64,000 nucleotides of DNA from the NCBI RefSeq assembly GCF_032062105.1, contig NW_026941496.1, positions 62,001 to 126,000 on the forward strand. The letters are read 5' to 3'. How positions within the stretch are numbered: position 1 is the first letter of the stretch; the number at the start of each line of letters is the position of its first letter. The DNA comes from Saccostrea cucullata. Taxonomy: Eukaryota. This document shows positions 26,150 to 40,469 of the stretch, piece after piece. The notes under the pieces are model-generated. The model was not told the origin of the DNA, did no database searches, and saw nothing but the letters and a program-made list of their open reading frames with translations. The translations under genes were made by a program, and so were the position numbers.

Positions 26150-26500
26150 GTGCCCCCCCCCCCCACCACCACCATGCACCACACCATACCCCATAACCCA
26201 GGGGTCAAGTTATTCACAATTTTGGAAGAGGTACTCATCAAAACTATTTACTTAAATCATCCGATTAATATCCAAGAGCAGATGAGAAGATTTTCAAGGA
26301 ATTAATGCATTTTTCTATATAATCATTAGAGCCCCGCCCTACCATCAGAACCCCTGATCCAGGGGGCCTGAAATTCATAAAATTGGTAGGAAGCTTAAAG
26401 CTTATTTCAATTATGCCAACAGTTTGACTGCTTGATGTCCAGGGGTCAATAAGACTTTTGAAGATTGCATTACATTGATGTTGTAGCTCATGCCCTTAAT
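26150..26500 (+). repeat. About two degenerate monomers of an oyster Cg170/HindIII-like satellite
   Basis: ccaggggg..tgaaattcataaaattggtag and gagaagattttcaaggaattaatgcattt recur at about 165-bp spacing and resemble the recalled Crassostrea 166-bp satellite. Confidence 0.6.
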
Positions 26501-27275
26501 GCTATTGGGCGTTTTAAGGGTGGCAGGGACCTACTTGTTTACTTTCGATACTTTTTTTCGTTCTATTCCTCGGCTCTTTAAGCTTCTACCCGAGCAAACC
26601 ATCTCGATCAGTCCTTCTGAACACGTCCTACCTTTGAAGGTAGTCAATTACTGACAAGATTTGTGAAATTATTACCCTGCAAAACATTGTTACTTCTTGT
26701 TTAACTCCTCAAATATGTATATTATGTTGGTAGATCAATTTAAGCTTTGGAAATGCGTTTAGGGTACTTTTCAAACCCGTCACCCGGATACCGTAATTTT
26801 CTCACTTTCTCAAGTAAAGATAGCAATTTAACATGGTCAAAATATTGAAATTTTCGTTGTCCTTCGTTGCTACCATAGCATACAATACAAAAAATGTATG
26901 TTTTTTGCATCAGATTTTATTCAAAGAAACTAAGTACTGGTAATTCAGTAGATATGAATAGAAGTGCGGTAAAGATAGCTTTTATCACTAAACATCCATG
27001 TTGAACAAAGTGTGTATATATAATGCAGTTTTTGGTTTCTAAGTTTTATCTATATTATCTCCTTAATACATTACCTATGTACACACCGAAACTAAGAATA
27101 CAGTTTATCAAGATCTCGGGAATTTCGAGATGTCAAGAGAATCTATCAAAACTGCCTCCCGACGAACATATTTCATTTAAATTGACCTCGATAAATTTTC
27201 TCTTATCATCGAAGTTCTCACCAAATTAAATCTTTAAAGTGATGAACGTTCGATTTAATACAACCAATTGAAAGG

Positions 27276-28997
27276 ATGGCCTCGAAAGAAAAACAAGAAC
27301 CTGAAACGCAAAGCCCAACTGGACCATCAACTGCACAGAAAGTCGTCAAGACTGGCTTTTTGGTTTTTATATGGATCTGTATAGTAAGTGAAAGAAAAAT
27401 GACGACTTTATTTTGAACATTGATCTCCCATTTTATGCAATAAGAACACATGTAGTAAATAGTCGTTTACGCTAATAATGGTAAATGTATTCTTGTTTTA
27501 ATCCAGTAATTTTTTTTCGATATATAGGGTCTAAATTTGGAAATAACTGGACCAACACTGAAAGACCTTAAACTTCGTGCACATCTGGACTATGAAGAGG
27601 TATCGAGAGCTGTTTCCGGTCGAAGTATCGGGTTCTTTATTGGAGCTGCAATGGGAGGGTTTATTGTGGATAAACTCGATCCTCTCTGTGACCTAGTGCT
27701 GGCTATTTGTCTGGACCTAATGGGAACAGCTACTATTGTAGCTCCACATTCTGAAAATATCGGCTTGATGTGGTTCCTTTTTGTTATGCAAGGCACATTT
27801 GAAGGAGTGATCAATATAGGTACAGTCATAAAAGAGTTATACTTTGGCTTAACCAATCATATAATGTCATCTAAAGATTTTTTAAACTCTCATTGACACA
27901 AACTGATTATTTATGATTTTATAATTGCAGCTGGTCAAAAGCTTATTCTGGAAATTTGGCAAGAAAAAGCGTCATCTCCTCTTTTTCTTTTACACTTTGG
28001 ATTTGGAATTGGGTCCTTTATCGTTCCACAGATTGCAAATCCTTTTCTAGCTGTCCTTAAACCCAGCGCCGCAGCGAATGCCACTAACATCACCACGGTC
28101 GTACCTATATCAACAACGGAGACAACCGAATTACTGAGGGAGTCCAGAATAGAGTGGGCATACCTCATCGTTGCTTTAATTGCCGTAGGGGTTTCATTTG
28201 TGTTTTATTACTACCAGTTCTGCGGTAAATGGTCAAGGAATACTCAAGCCAGTAAATCTAAAAGTGATACGGATGCTCAGCTAACAATCCGCGAAATAAT
28301 TGATCCTGCAACATGTGCAAATGGGAATCGTCTGTTTGGTATACACGTCCTGGGACTTCTCTTTCTTTTCTTTTTTAATTGTACTGGCGGTGAACGAGTT
28401 TATGGTAAATTCATTCGCAGTTTCGCTATTGACCACAACAAACTAGACGGAGATGAGGCATCTCTGATGAACAGCTCCTTCTGGATTAGTTTTGCTATTG
28501 GGCGTTTTTCTGGATTTGTTGCTGCAAACTGGATTTCCATTCGGATTATTGTTTTGATAGAGGCAACAGGAGCAATGGTCTCCGCGGTTCTTCTCAACAT
28601 ATTTGCAGAGGACAGCACTACGATGCTATGGGTCCTAACGCAGCCAATGGCCTTCTTCATTGCCCCTTGTTTTCCGTCCGGTGTTGGATGGGGCGATTTT
28701 CATATTCATATGTCTGGAGTTGGAATAACTTTTCTCCTTTTAGGAGGAGCGTTAGGTGGTGTTTGCTACATGTGGATCATAGGGTACTTGTATGAGAACA
28801 ACGGTCCTCTTTCTTTCTTTCGCACTATACTGGCCTATGGGATTATAATGTGTGTCCTGGCTTTCATAATGCATTTCTCGACCTGGGGTAAAGGGCATCG
28901 ATTTATAAAGGAGACAAAAGAAGTCGAGGTAGAGGCTGTGGATCCAAAAGCCGTGAATCTTAAATTTGATGAGAAGTTGCATAGTGAGAAATTATAA
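27276..28997 (+). CDS. MFS transporter, MFSD4/SLC60 (sodium-dependent glucose transporter 1-like), copy A, about 488 aa
   Basis: Exons 27276-27383, 27528-27819 and 27931-28997; GT-AG; frame continuous. Motifs GPTLKDL, LHFGFGIGSFIVPQIANPFL and FWISFAIGRFSG are typical of MFSD4-like proteins. Confidence 0.9.
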
Positions 28998-29959
28998 TTA
29001 TAAGCAAAATCCAATAATTATTATCATTTTGAAGAATTCTTATCATTATCAATAAAGATTGTTTTCATTAATTGTTTTATGTTTACTATAGCAATAAAAA
29101 CTTTACATTCTCAAAGGGCACCCTTAGTGAAATATTTTCTTTTCACAATTCAATAAAAATAATTTACCCACCAAGACATGAAAAATCTGCACCTCTTTAT
29201 CCGCAAGATAAAAATACATGTAACTATATCTTTCCTTGATAAATAAATCTTCCAAAAAGCACCTGGACCGAAAAGAGTATTTATTAAAATTTTCTAGTTA
29301 AATTGAAATTTCTTCAAAATTCCAGTGGTTAACAATGGTGATCTGGAAGTTACATCAGCGACAGTAACATTGCCTCTCAAACAAAGCAAAATATCCTATA
29401 TGTTTTCCAGTATTCATGTAATACTTTTGCATATAAACCTGTTCCATCAGGTTCCCAGTTACCATATTTTTTTTTCGAAACAATCTTGCAAAGGTCGTTG
29501 ATGTTCTTGACATCTGTAGATTCTATTTTCTATGTTCATTTCACCCGAACCCGGCAATAAGATGTCGCGACAGTTAGTTTGAAGATTTGCAAAGGGAAAT
29601 AGTTAGGTTAAAATAAGTCATTATTGACATTAATATGTGGTCGGGGGACTTGTGGCAAGGCTAGTGCCAAAGTGAGGAAAAACATTTTTCAAAGGAAATT
29701 TTAAAGGAAAATTTCTGATTAGTGATGATTAGTGCTTTAAAGTGCAAGCTTCATAATATAGTGTAGAATATTTTCTTTTTTACAAAACCTTGGCTCCAAG
29801 GGTTAAGGTCTAAAGTGGAACCATACTAGATGATTAAACTTGTAAATAGAATAAAGAGGAAAACAGAAGAATTCTTATTGATCATATTAATATGATTTGC
29901 ATGTAAAAAAGCTGGTACATAACAAACAGTGATCCATCTCAAATTAAACATAAAAGCAA

Positions 29960-30330
29960 ACAAAACAAAAATATGAACGGCGCATGAAACACGGACCCCT
30001 GGAAATTTCAATGGTGAGATCAGGTGCCTATAAGGAGTATTCATCCCCGGTCACTTTGTCATCATCGCAGTGGGCATTAGTGTTTATCGACAGAATATTC
30101 CACAGTCAAAATTACCATAAAAAACATATCATAATTCTAGAAATTGGATGATACACCAATGAGGGCAACTATAACAACAATAAAATTTATGAAATGTTCA
30201 CGTTTCAAGAAGTTATCAAAATTCCTGAAACATCGACTTATCTATCAGGAGCCTGTTTCGTGTAACATATTGATCGCACACAACTCTTGGTCATCACATT
30301 GTTTTGGAGACATCAACACCATATGAACGT
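29960..30330 (-). mobile_element. Penelope-like retroelement 3' fragment
   Basis: Reverse complement of the 3' UTR (gatcaggtgcctataaggagtattcatcccc) and decayed RT C-terminus. Confidence 0.65.
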
Positions 30331-30367
30331 GAGACAGAATATTTCTACATAAATAAGGATTGGTCAA

Positions 30368-30530
30368 TTGATTGATGTAACTTTTTTTCTTTTACGTCTG
30401 TTACGAGATAATGAAAGGGCTTTAAATTTTGACCTATGCTAGGCATTCAAAGTCATTAAGCAGTGAGGTTTTTAATTTTTATCTCCCCTACGCCTTCAAC
30501 GACACTGAATCTTGTTTTTCAAGGTCTCGT
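30368..30530. mobile_element. Degenerate SINE-like fragment
   Basis: ttgattgat..gaaagggctttaaattttgacctatgctaggca..gcagtgagg resembles a common oyster SINE (from memory). Confidence 0.4.
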
Positions 30531-31367
30531 GAAAAATTTATAGAGGCAAGGATCTATATTCAAGCTCAAAAGTTCATTTAACAATATGAATCAAAGCGAC
30601 AAAAGACCTATAAAACATTGTATGTTGGATCAGGTGCCATGGAGGAGTGGGTATACCCTGCTTACTTTAACCTTTATTCCAAGTGCTTCTCGAAGGAACA
30701 TTCACAACTTATGTTTAAGGTTGAAGCGATGCTTCACACGACAATCTAAACAGTGACCTCCCGATAACGAAGCAACCGCTCTATCATAAGGGTACCATAA
30801 AAATATAAACAGGAAAGTGAACTCGTTTGTCATAAAATTATTATAATGGTAAATGCACAGAAATGATGGGGCACGATTAATCATATCAACTTAATAGCAA
30901 ACTACGTAGTCAGATGCGTTAGTCCAAAACATGGATCTATTGGGTTAGGTAGAAGCCAAAAAAAAATTAAATAAGATGTTATTTAATAGGTTCAGACCAG
31001 AGAAAAAAAAACTTTCATAAATATTTTTATCCAAATGCAGTGCTTTCTGGTGAACATTGTGGAGTATTGGTCTCTTCTTTGAAAGTTTGGTATTATTTCT
31101 GAAGTTTTAAATAAAAGTCAGTATGTATTCCTCATCATGCCTGATTTTGAGGTCTCATGCACAATTAATCAGAAAAAAACCTAATTTTCTTTATAACTTT
31201 TAATTTTAAGAACCAAAATATAAGTGTTTTGATAATATTTCAATACAAAGCTTGTTTTGCCTAAAAGGCAGGTAAATTTTATCATTCAGGATCGTTGATT
31301 AAAAAATTGTTATGCCTTTTATTTAAATGATATATGTTGGACATTAACTTTCAAATTATAGGATAAC

Positions 31368-33337
31368 ATGTCTGTATCTGATGAACGTGAACCTAAGATG
31401 GCACATACAGGGCCATCCAAGACACAAAAAATTATTAAGACTGTCTTCCTAGTCTCTATATGGATATGCATCGTAAGTAACAAAAAACTACAAGGCCATC
31501 TTTAAAAAATTATTTGTTTGCTCTCTCCCGACCGATTGGCTTAAAATACAAACTCAAAACTTCTAGGAAACGGTAGTTTTAATTTTACTCCCCTCCCCCG
31601 TATCTTGTCGGAATTTTCCGAGAAAAATATACCCCCATCAGGTACTTACCTATCCTTTTTTTTTTTCATTCTGAGTCTGGAGATTACAAAAAAATATTTT
31701 AAAGATGTTCTAACCATATGCGCACGATTACTTGATTTGTTTTATGACTTTAACTATCATGGATCTTGCTATTTTTTTTATCAAATGTTTTCCTTTCTAG
31801 CTAATATTTTTATATTGATATATTTGTGTTATACCTAGGGACTCTGTATTGAAATTGCCGGACCAACACTGAAAGACCTGAAGCTCCGGGTTGACCTTGA
31901 CTATGAGGAAGTATCAAGAGCTGTTTCCGGTCGAAGTGGTGGATACTTTATAGGAAGTGCAATGGGGGGCTTGTTTGTCGACAAACTTGACCCCTACTGC
32001 GATCTGATGCTAGCGACCAGCCTTGACCTGATGGGTACAGCAACTATTGTTCTCCCATTTTCTCAAAGTATCGGTCTCATGTGGTTTCTATTTGTAATGC
32101 AGGGAACATTCGAAGGAATACTTAACATTGGTATTTAATTATTTTTTTATATGAATTTCCAGTCCTGCACATATTGAATTTTGTTTCCGATGATATGTCA
32201 ATTCTTTTTAACTTAATGCTAAATATATTTGTATTTTTAGTTGGACAAAAGCTTGTTCTAGAAATTTGGCGGGAAAAGGCATCCTCTCCTCTTTTTGTTT
32301 TACACTTAGGGTTTGGGATCGGATCCTTCATCGTTCCACAGATAGCAAATCCGTTCTTAGCAGTTCCTAGGACATCAACAGCACAAAATTCTTCCAATGT
32401 ATCAACCGTTCTTTTATCTACACAGACATATATCAATGACTCTCTCTTAAAAGAATATCTAAAGGAGTCCAGAATAGAGTGGGCATATTTGATTGTTGCT
32501 ATAATTACTATAGGGTTGTCAGTTGTGTTTTATTATTACCAATTTTGTGGGCAATGGTCAAGGAATACAAAAGTCATTTATTCAAAGATGAATTCGTTTA
32601 CCCCACCAACGATTCGTGACATCATTGACCCTGCAACCTGTGCAAATGGAAATCGCCTCTTTGGCGTCCATATTTTAGGACTTCTTTTCCTTTTCTTTTT
32701 CAATGCTGTTGGAGGTGAGCGTGTTTATGGAAAATTCATCCGCAGTTTTGCTATTGATTACAACAAGTTCGACGGTAATGAGGCATCTCTGATAAATAGT
32801 TCTTTTTGGATTAGTTTTGCTCTTGGGCGTTTCGCTGGATTCATTGCTGCACGATGGATTCCAATTCGAATTATCATTCTAATAGAAGGAACGGGAGCCT
32901 TAGTATCAGCGATATTGCTGAACATCTTTGCTGATGACAGCTCCATTATGCTCTGGATTTTAACACAACCGATGGCCTTTTTTATTGCTCCTTGCTTTCC
33001 GTCCGGTGTAGGGTGGGGCGATTTTCACATTCATTTGTCTGGACTTGGAATAACTTTTCTCCTTTTAGGAGGAGCGTTAGGTGGTGTTTGCTACATGTGG
33101 ATCATTGGATATTTCTACAAGAACAACGGCCCTCTTTCTTTCTTTTATGTTATGCAGGCCTATGGAATTTCAATGTTTGTTTTAGTATTCATAATGCACT
33201 TCTCCACTTGGGGAAAGGGGCATCGTTTTCAAGACGAAGTAAAAGGAGTGGTAGAGACTGTGGAAATGGAGGAAGAAAAACCAAGTGTTAAAGAAGCATT
33301 TAATGAAAAAAAGCAGAAAGATGTTTACAATCTATAG
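31368..33337 (+). CDS. MFS transporter, MFSD4/SLC60-like, tandem copy B, about 497 aa
   Basis: Exons 31368-31472, 31839-32130 and 32241-33337. Same intron positions and identical 292-nt exon 2 length as copy A; highly similar peptide. Confidence 0.9.
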
Positions 33338-34920
33338 AGTCAAAGGATTGACACCTAATATGGTCAATGAGTTTGAATAAAAATTAATGAAAACAAAATA
33401 TATCCTTTGAAGAATTTTGTTGTAATATTTAAGAATAAGCCAACTCGCATATTTTTAGTGGCCCCTGTTTAATCTGCTCCCTGATTTGTATTGTTTTAGT
33501 GAAATACTGTGTTACTGCTTTATATTCATATTACCCGGTACACAAGTTGAATTGTATGTTCTATTTTAAAGTGTGCTTACACTTTCATAAACATGTACTT
33601 GTTTGCACTAGTTTGTTTTCTTTGTAAATCGAACTTTCATTTGATTAAAAAGGAAAAATATACCCTTATACAGCATTGTTATTCTGTTGATAGTTATCAC
33701 AATTTTAGCAATGCTTTGGATTTATTTCTGAATGAAATGGATTGTGTGATTGCTGAAATTTCCATGATTCGCGTGGTTTTTTATACCTCTGATTTGTATC
33801 ATATGAAAACTGTGAGATAATGAAATAATTAGATAAATGCATTAGTTTCTTTTATGAAATTGTGCAATTCTGATTATTTTTTATTATTCGTAATAAAGAA
33901 TTCGTTTATTGAAGATGTAAATCATAGTTATAAATAAAATTTTCAGGGAAAGCTAATTTCAGTGAAATACAGTACATCGACCCATACCTTTAATTCAGTT
34001 TGGATAATTTTCATTATTTTCATGTTCTTAGACAGAAGTTGAATAAGGTAGATTTTTGGGAGGTGAGTTTAAAGTATAAAGAGAATACCTGATATATGAT
34101 ATATGATTTAGTATCGAAAAAGCCTGTACAATTTTTTTCACCAATTTCTATAAAATTATTTAGTAAAATTCTATCCTAAAATGAACCAACTAGATGACCA
34201 TTGTCTCTATAAAAGCGTGTTTTAAATTAGAGGTATCGCAAATTTACCTTAAATTCTGGTTTCAAATTGTTGTAACTCCCTAAGGCTTCATAAACCATGC
34301 CAATATTCGCAAATTACTTAAAGATACATTTCTTCTTGTAAAGTGCATCTCTAAATTTATTTTGAAGAAGAAATGGTCATGTTTTTCCTATTGATATAGA
34401 TGTGGTTCAGATAAACAGCTGGTGCTTTTTCGGTCTTCAATTCAATAAAACAGCTTCGGGTAGTATGCAAAAGAGCATACAATCTCATATGCGTCAATGT
34501 GAAACTTTAGTTATCAGGTAAATTTCGGATGTTCACTGAAATATTTTTTGAGAAATGAAGGCCCTGAGATAATTCAAGGTACCATCTGTTATAAATTGAA
34601 TAAGAAATGTATGTAGTTAAGCAACCCGGAACCATATTTTAGCTGATATAAAGTACGTACATAGCCTTAACTCGGTATGATTGAAAAAAAAATCTCGAAT
34701 GTAATTTTAACAACATAAATCACTCTAAGCTTAAATTATACCAGCAATTAAATCGTGTATCTTAATATGTATTTGACAAAGAACAGTAGACAAAAGTGAA
34801 GATATACCAGTATTTTTTTTTTTATTTTAATCTTTTTTTCATAAAATGCTTGTCTGAGAACCGATCGGAAAAACACGCGAGTAACCGGTTACAGAAAATT
34901 ATTTATCAACCTTATATATA

Positions 34921-36060
34921 CACTGATCCAAACTTCCGAGTGTTCACCTAACATTTTTTTTTAAGTTTTAAAGAACAAATGCATAAAATAAATAATTCTT
35001 CAATTAATGTTTAATGATGCATATTTCAGTTCGATTTTTTGTAAATTTCATATAAGTATCTCGTAGAATTTTAAGCAAAGTGTCAAGGACATGATGTACA
35101 ACTGTACCCTCAAAATGAAAATTCACATAAAACAATCTCTATGGAGTAAGACCATCTCTCGCTTTAATTACTGCAAGACATCCTTTTTCAATTGATACCA
35201 TATACCCCTGAATAGGAGATTGGCCCATCTGGTGCCACACCTTCTGCATGGATTTTCTAAACAGTTGAAATTGTGAGGAGGGGGGTGGACTTTGACATTA
35301 CAAATTCCAAATGTGTTTAATGGGACACATATCCGGGTATTTTGCAGTGGATCATCACACAGAGGCCTTTTTGGCCAATATTCTTGGACGTTTAGCACGT
35401 ACGTATACGCTTTAAGGATGATTCAGACTGATGAGCTGATATTAGACTGCCACGAGCACCAATTTCTTATCATTTTCATAGCATTGGAGTTGTTTGTTTT
35501 AGCCTTTCTAAAATTGTTCCAGGACAATGTATCACTCTTTTAACCTGGTTGTGGCACGAAACCTTAGGCTCAGACCAAAATTTAGATAATTCCGGTTTGG
35601 TTAAATTTTGTCCAAAGCTTTCAAATTGTGATAAGTTGGCGATGAAAATGATGCACAACCTTTATAAAATGTGTATATATTGGTTTTTATACTGGTTGTT
35701 AATTTTTAAAAGTAATTTCAACGACAAATAAGCACTTAAATAAAAGTGAGTAAAACGTGGTGCAAGTATGATCCAGATATCACCAACAACTCTCTTTTCT
35801 CAATGGTCATTTTGCCAATGTTTTGTTTTTAGTTAAACAGGTTGATCACAAAAAGGTTGCGTATTATGCAAATCACGTGCCGTAAAGTACAGATTTATTG
35901 TTTTTATGCTGCGTCACGGCACATTGGTTTTACATCGGTGATAATCAATCTTTGAACAACTAATTGATTATAATAATTTGAAAATATCATATCATTCTAT
36001 CTTGTAGTTTTCAAATAAATACATTTATTAGAGTGAACACTTAAAAAGTCTTGTTGAGTG
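34921..36060 (-). mobile_element. Tc1/mariner derivative, same family as 5859-6649 (longer version)
   Basis: TA|CACTGATCCAAACTTCCGAGTGTTCAC ... GTGAACACTTAAAAAGTCTTGTTGAGTG|TA; colinear with the 5.9-kb copy; decayed PDMCPIKHIW motif. Confidence 0.85.
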
Positions 36061-36632
36061 TACAATAAACGGTATACGCGACTGTTTAGTTTTTACCTGT
36101 CTATGTAAAATTATATATAAGGTAAATCGAAATTGAGGATCTTGTTAAAAAAAACAAACAAACAACAACAATAACAACTTTAAAATACAGAAAACATTAA
36201 AAACGAATTTCATAGTCCCCACCCACTGACGTCAGACACAATGACAGTCGATTAATATTGAACGAAGCCTAAAAAATCATCGAAATGTATAATCCATTTT
36301 TCAGTTTACTCTTTTACTTTCAGTTTTTGATCTTGTTTGCTGTATTTGATCAAGTTTCCTGTTTTTCAAACTCTGAAAAAAATGTAAGAAAACTGTTTCT
36401 GATTATGACAAAATTGGTTACAATTAATTAAGGTTATAGTTTTTTTGGTTTCCAACTTTGTTGTATTTCATGTTGCGATTATGAAACAGTCGTTCTTGTG
36501 TTTTTTTCTGTAAAATAATTTTGTCAACTTTGAAATTAATAAAGGTTAATTTAATTTTACAGACTTTGATATTGAATACTGTACGTTATCGCCATATCGT
36601 TCATAATTAAATTGAAAATCTAAGAAAAATAA

Positions 36633-36835
36633 GAGGCCCCTTTTTGAGTTTTCTTACGACTACAACTACGAAATATTTTCCCAATCTTCAAAAATTAGCT
36701 GAGCTATTATATACTTCACCAAAATTTATTTTCTACTTCGTATCAATATTTTGTATAAAATTTTATGTACATGACAGAAATTAGAGCAGAGCAAAATTTT
36801 TGTCTAAGTCGTAAGACTTTTGTTAAAAGGGCAGC
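36633..36835. mobile_element. PIF/Harbinger-like MITE remnant
   Basis: ggcccctttt..tcttacgact ... agtcgtaaga..aaaagggc inverted ends. Confidence 0.5.
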
Positions 36836-38729
36836 TGAATATCATGAAACCACAAAGCAGCTATTTTTTTAAAAAATATAAGATAGGGTGGATTTAGCAC
36901 AATTAAATCCTTATTTTCCTCAGCAATGTGGATTTTTTCATAATTATCTTGAAACAAAATTGTGACCACAATTTTTCGTTTTTGACATTACATTTTATTA
37001 GCATTATTTTATCATTATAGCAAAAATAACCATTTAATTCTCGAATGAAAAGAATATTTTCATTTTGCACGTATCCCTAATTTACGCATACGACATCCAA
37101 TGTTATTAAGGGATTGTCCTATTTAGTAACTTAATTTTCCCAAAGAATTTAAAGAAAAAGGGGGGGGGGGAGAGATAAACAACAAAAATTATAAATGTTC
37201 TATTTTTCTATCATTGAAATAGTTAATTCCAAACTTGTAACAAAATTTTTCCATGTCAAATTTGCAGCTCATATTGCTTCAATTTTCACAATCAATTTTC
37301 TTATTTTACTTGCTTCATTTTTGTGTTTCTTCTTTGTCATGTTCATATACATGTTCAATGCGTATAAGTAGTTGTAGCCTTGTGTGAAAAAAAATAAAGT
37401 TTATATTAACGTTCAATGTAGAGAAATATATATATATATTGAAACTTTGGAAATAAAACTATTCATTTATATTTTTTGAATGTTTTCCAGACTTTCATAA
37501 TTTCTAAAATACATCAATCTACTGTTCCATTGAATAGATTTTAGAGAAATAATATGATGAGAAAATCTTAACACTTTTCCTTAAAATTATCAGCAATTAA
37601 CTTGTTTTAAAAATCAGACAAAGTTTTTTTATGGTGAGAAATCCTAAAATTATCTTGACAGTGAAAATAAAAAGGAAGAAATGAGTGGAACAAAAATATG
37701 CACGAAATGCACGGAATTGCTGCACTTTATACACTGTACAATATTTATGTATCGTGTCTTTTGTCATCAGACTTTGAAATTAGCTATAATTACAAAAATT
37801 CTACAGTTAAGGATTTCATTAGTTGTATTATGTTATTATACAGTTTCTAAGAGGACAGAAATTGATAATGCTTTGAAAATATAATCATAATTTTAGGCTT
37901 GTGTCTCAAATTACATTAAAATATCAATGAGAAAATGGATCTCTAATTTAAAGTATTATTTTTAAAAATTTAATTACTCACATTAGATGCACTAGAAAAT
38001 AAGTTACTGGAGGTGTGTACTTAAAATATGATGTTTAAAAAAAACGAAAATAAACTTTGATTATATGCTACTCCTACATGAATCTTAGAAGGCTAATTTG
38101 GAGAGAAACGACTTTTTGATATTGATTTTGAATTTTGTACGCCATACTCCTTTTCTGTTTCATAGAATTTTAGAAGTTTGGTGAAATATGCTGTTTGATT
38201 ATTTATTTGTACTTTACAAGAGGGGAAATTGGTGGGATTCTCCGTATAAATCCATTAAAATATTATCAAGATAAGACCAAAATAGACACAGAATGCGTAA
38301 TCCAGTCCATCAAAACATTTCTTTAAATTATTTTCCTTTTTTAAAGTTTAATCTTCAAATGGGAGATGTCATAAATGGTATTTTATTTTTATCTTTAATT
38401 TGAACGAGGGGATTTTTCTCTCGATATCTTCTGTACGTAGTTTGTTGTTCTTATACAAAAGGAGTGAACTAATCATCTATCGACACAAACAACTCAATTA
38501 TACACTTGCAGAATCGGCCAAAGATCGTATAAATTTTAACAGAATTTTCAAGGTAACGTATTTTAGCACATTTTATTCTACGGGGCCACAATGAACTTAA
38601 TTAACCTCATATTCTAACTGATGTCTTTTGTATTTTTCTAGAGCAAATATTTCTTTGTAAAACCTCCGTTTGTTGTGTTAATTCAAGATGATAACAAATA
38701 ATCTCTTAATCAGTCATATGATTTCATTT

Positions 38730-40385
38730 TACGCGGTGTGCTCCTTGTCATGATCAGGAAATAAAGGAAAAACCCGTCGTCAACACAATGTGTAAATAAT
38801 GGACTAACAATAAGTATGAACAACGTCAGTCAGGATTTGACTCAGTGATCAACTGCATTTGTTGACAAGGTCATTGTATCGACCATAAAAATTAATTAAT
38901 ACATTAAGATGACTTCCAACGAGACTGCTGATATTCTTGTTTCGTCAAGTTGTTTGTCGTTTTAGAAATTGTTCATACGTAGAGCATGCTCTTCCGTATC
39001 AACTGAGATATATAAACTCCGTATGGAGGTGATGAAGGTATATTGCTGCATAAGTAAGGAAAGTTGACGATAGAAAAGTTAAGGTCATCACGTTGTTCAT
39101 AGAGCTTGGTTGTTATTACCATTAACATCTTTTTCAAGTGAAATATCCAATAATGAAACAGATATGTCAGAATCCTTTATTTCATGCTCACCAGGATATA
39201 TCGTATCGACATAAGAATGGAAATTACCATTGTTAAGGTGGCTCATTACATCCACAGTTTATTTTAGATTTCAATACAGCACCACTTATAATGTAGATGT
39301 CAAATATCCAGATGGTGGTCTTGATATCGTAAATATTTTTAATAGAATTTTTTAGTTTTTGTCTAATTTTAGTGAAATGTTTTATTTCAAGCCTATTATT
39401 AACAGAATTTCAGTTCAGAACTTTCAGTGTCAAATGATGGGCATCTTCTTCAGACAAGTACACACGGTGAAAATACCTCATAATACCTTATAATAATTTT
39501 ATTAGAAAAAATAATTTTCTCCTAGAAAACAATTAATGTCATAATCTTTTTAATCTATGCATAAAACATTAAGAAAATGTGTTCTGAAGAGACAAGGAAT
39601 GTATTTCAATGAATTACATGTGTCAAATTGAATGAAGAAAGTTTAAACGAAATGAAAAATCCAATTTAAAAAATATTTGGTATAAAAAGTCCACTTTCAA
39701 GAGTTATCTTTCCTAATTAGCCAAGACTCAAAACACTATGGAACGTTTGACATTACATCTAAAATTCAGAACAAAGCTTTAAATTGCCAGAGTATACATT
39801 TAAATCAATAAAGCAAATATATAAATTAACACCAACACAGTAAATAGCGCAAGTAAATAACTTTTTAATTTCAACAAGGTTGTAGATTTTAACTCGAATT
39901 TCCTCCATACATACATGTCATTGATTGATAGAGCTCACTACATGCATGGCTATGAAAGTGACATTACTTGTTTGGCGAAGATTTGACTGTTGTTTTCTTT
40001 TATTTCTGCTTAAAAGCAATTCTTCTTGGTTTATGCATAATGATTCCGTTACTTTGTTTTCACTGTTTACAACACCGCATGTTTCACCTATTTTTAAAGC
40101 GTTTTAAAGGTCAGGGTCATATTATAGAGGTACCTGTACAATTCGTCCCCAGCGGAAACCGGTTGACACAATGGAGGTTTATTTTTTTGTGTAGTACGTC
40201 ATCAAAAAGTGGTGTAATGAGCCTCCTTAAGTGACAATACGTCGTCAATATATCTTAATGTCGAGTTGAATGCCACAGTAAATGTTTTCTTTTCACGTAT
40301 TAGATTTGGGACAAATTCTGCTTCATATGAATACAAAAATAGGTCTGCCTTATAACGGGGCGCAATTGGTACCCATGAGAATTCA
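38730..40385 (-). mobile_element. Penelope-like retroelement RT fragment split by a Kolobok-like insertion
   Basis: ADLFLYSYEAEFV..FNSTLRYIDDVLS (40231-40385) continues as NNGNFHSYVDTIYPGE at 39236 and below. Confidence 0.85.
39237..40226. mobile_element. 990-bp non-autonomous element with TTAA target duplication (Kolobok-like)
   Basis: TTAA|GGTGGCTCATTACA ... TGTAATGAGCCTCC|TTAA; removing it restores the retroelement sequence. Confidence 0.85.
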
Positions 40386-40469
40386 AATAGATTGCTGTAC
40401 AAAGAATTTTATCGAATCATCGTAGAAATGAAAAAAAATGTTGCAAATTTGTAAAAAGGCGCTCATATA

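Noticed and set aside
27590-28982. Antisense ORFs over the transporter genes (also 10190-10393, 32122-32436, 32758-32946, 46203-46460, 58580-58789)
   Set aside because: Shadow frames opposite real hydrophobic coding exons; no independent motifs.
32174-32240. N-terminal extension of the 387-aa ORF as a single-exon gene
   Set aside because: It is intron 2 sequence; the acceptor at 32240 matches the paralog's exon structure.
35168-35731. Short ORFs as host genes
   Set aside because: They lie within the decayed Tc1 derivative.
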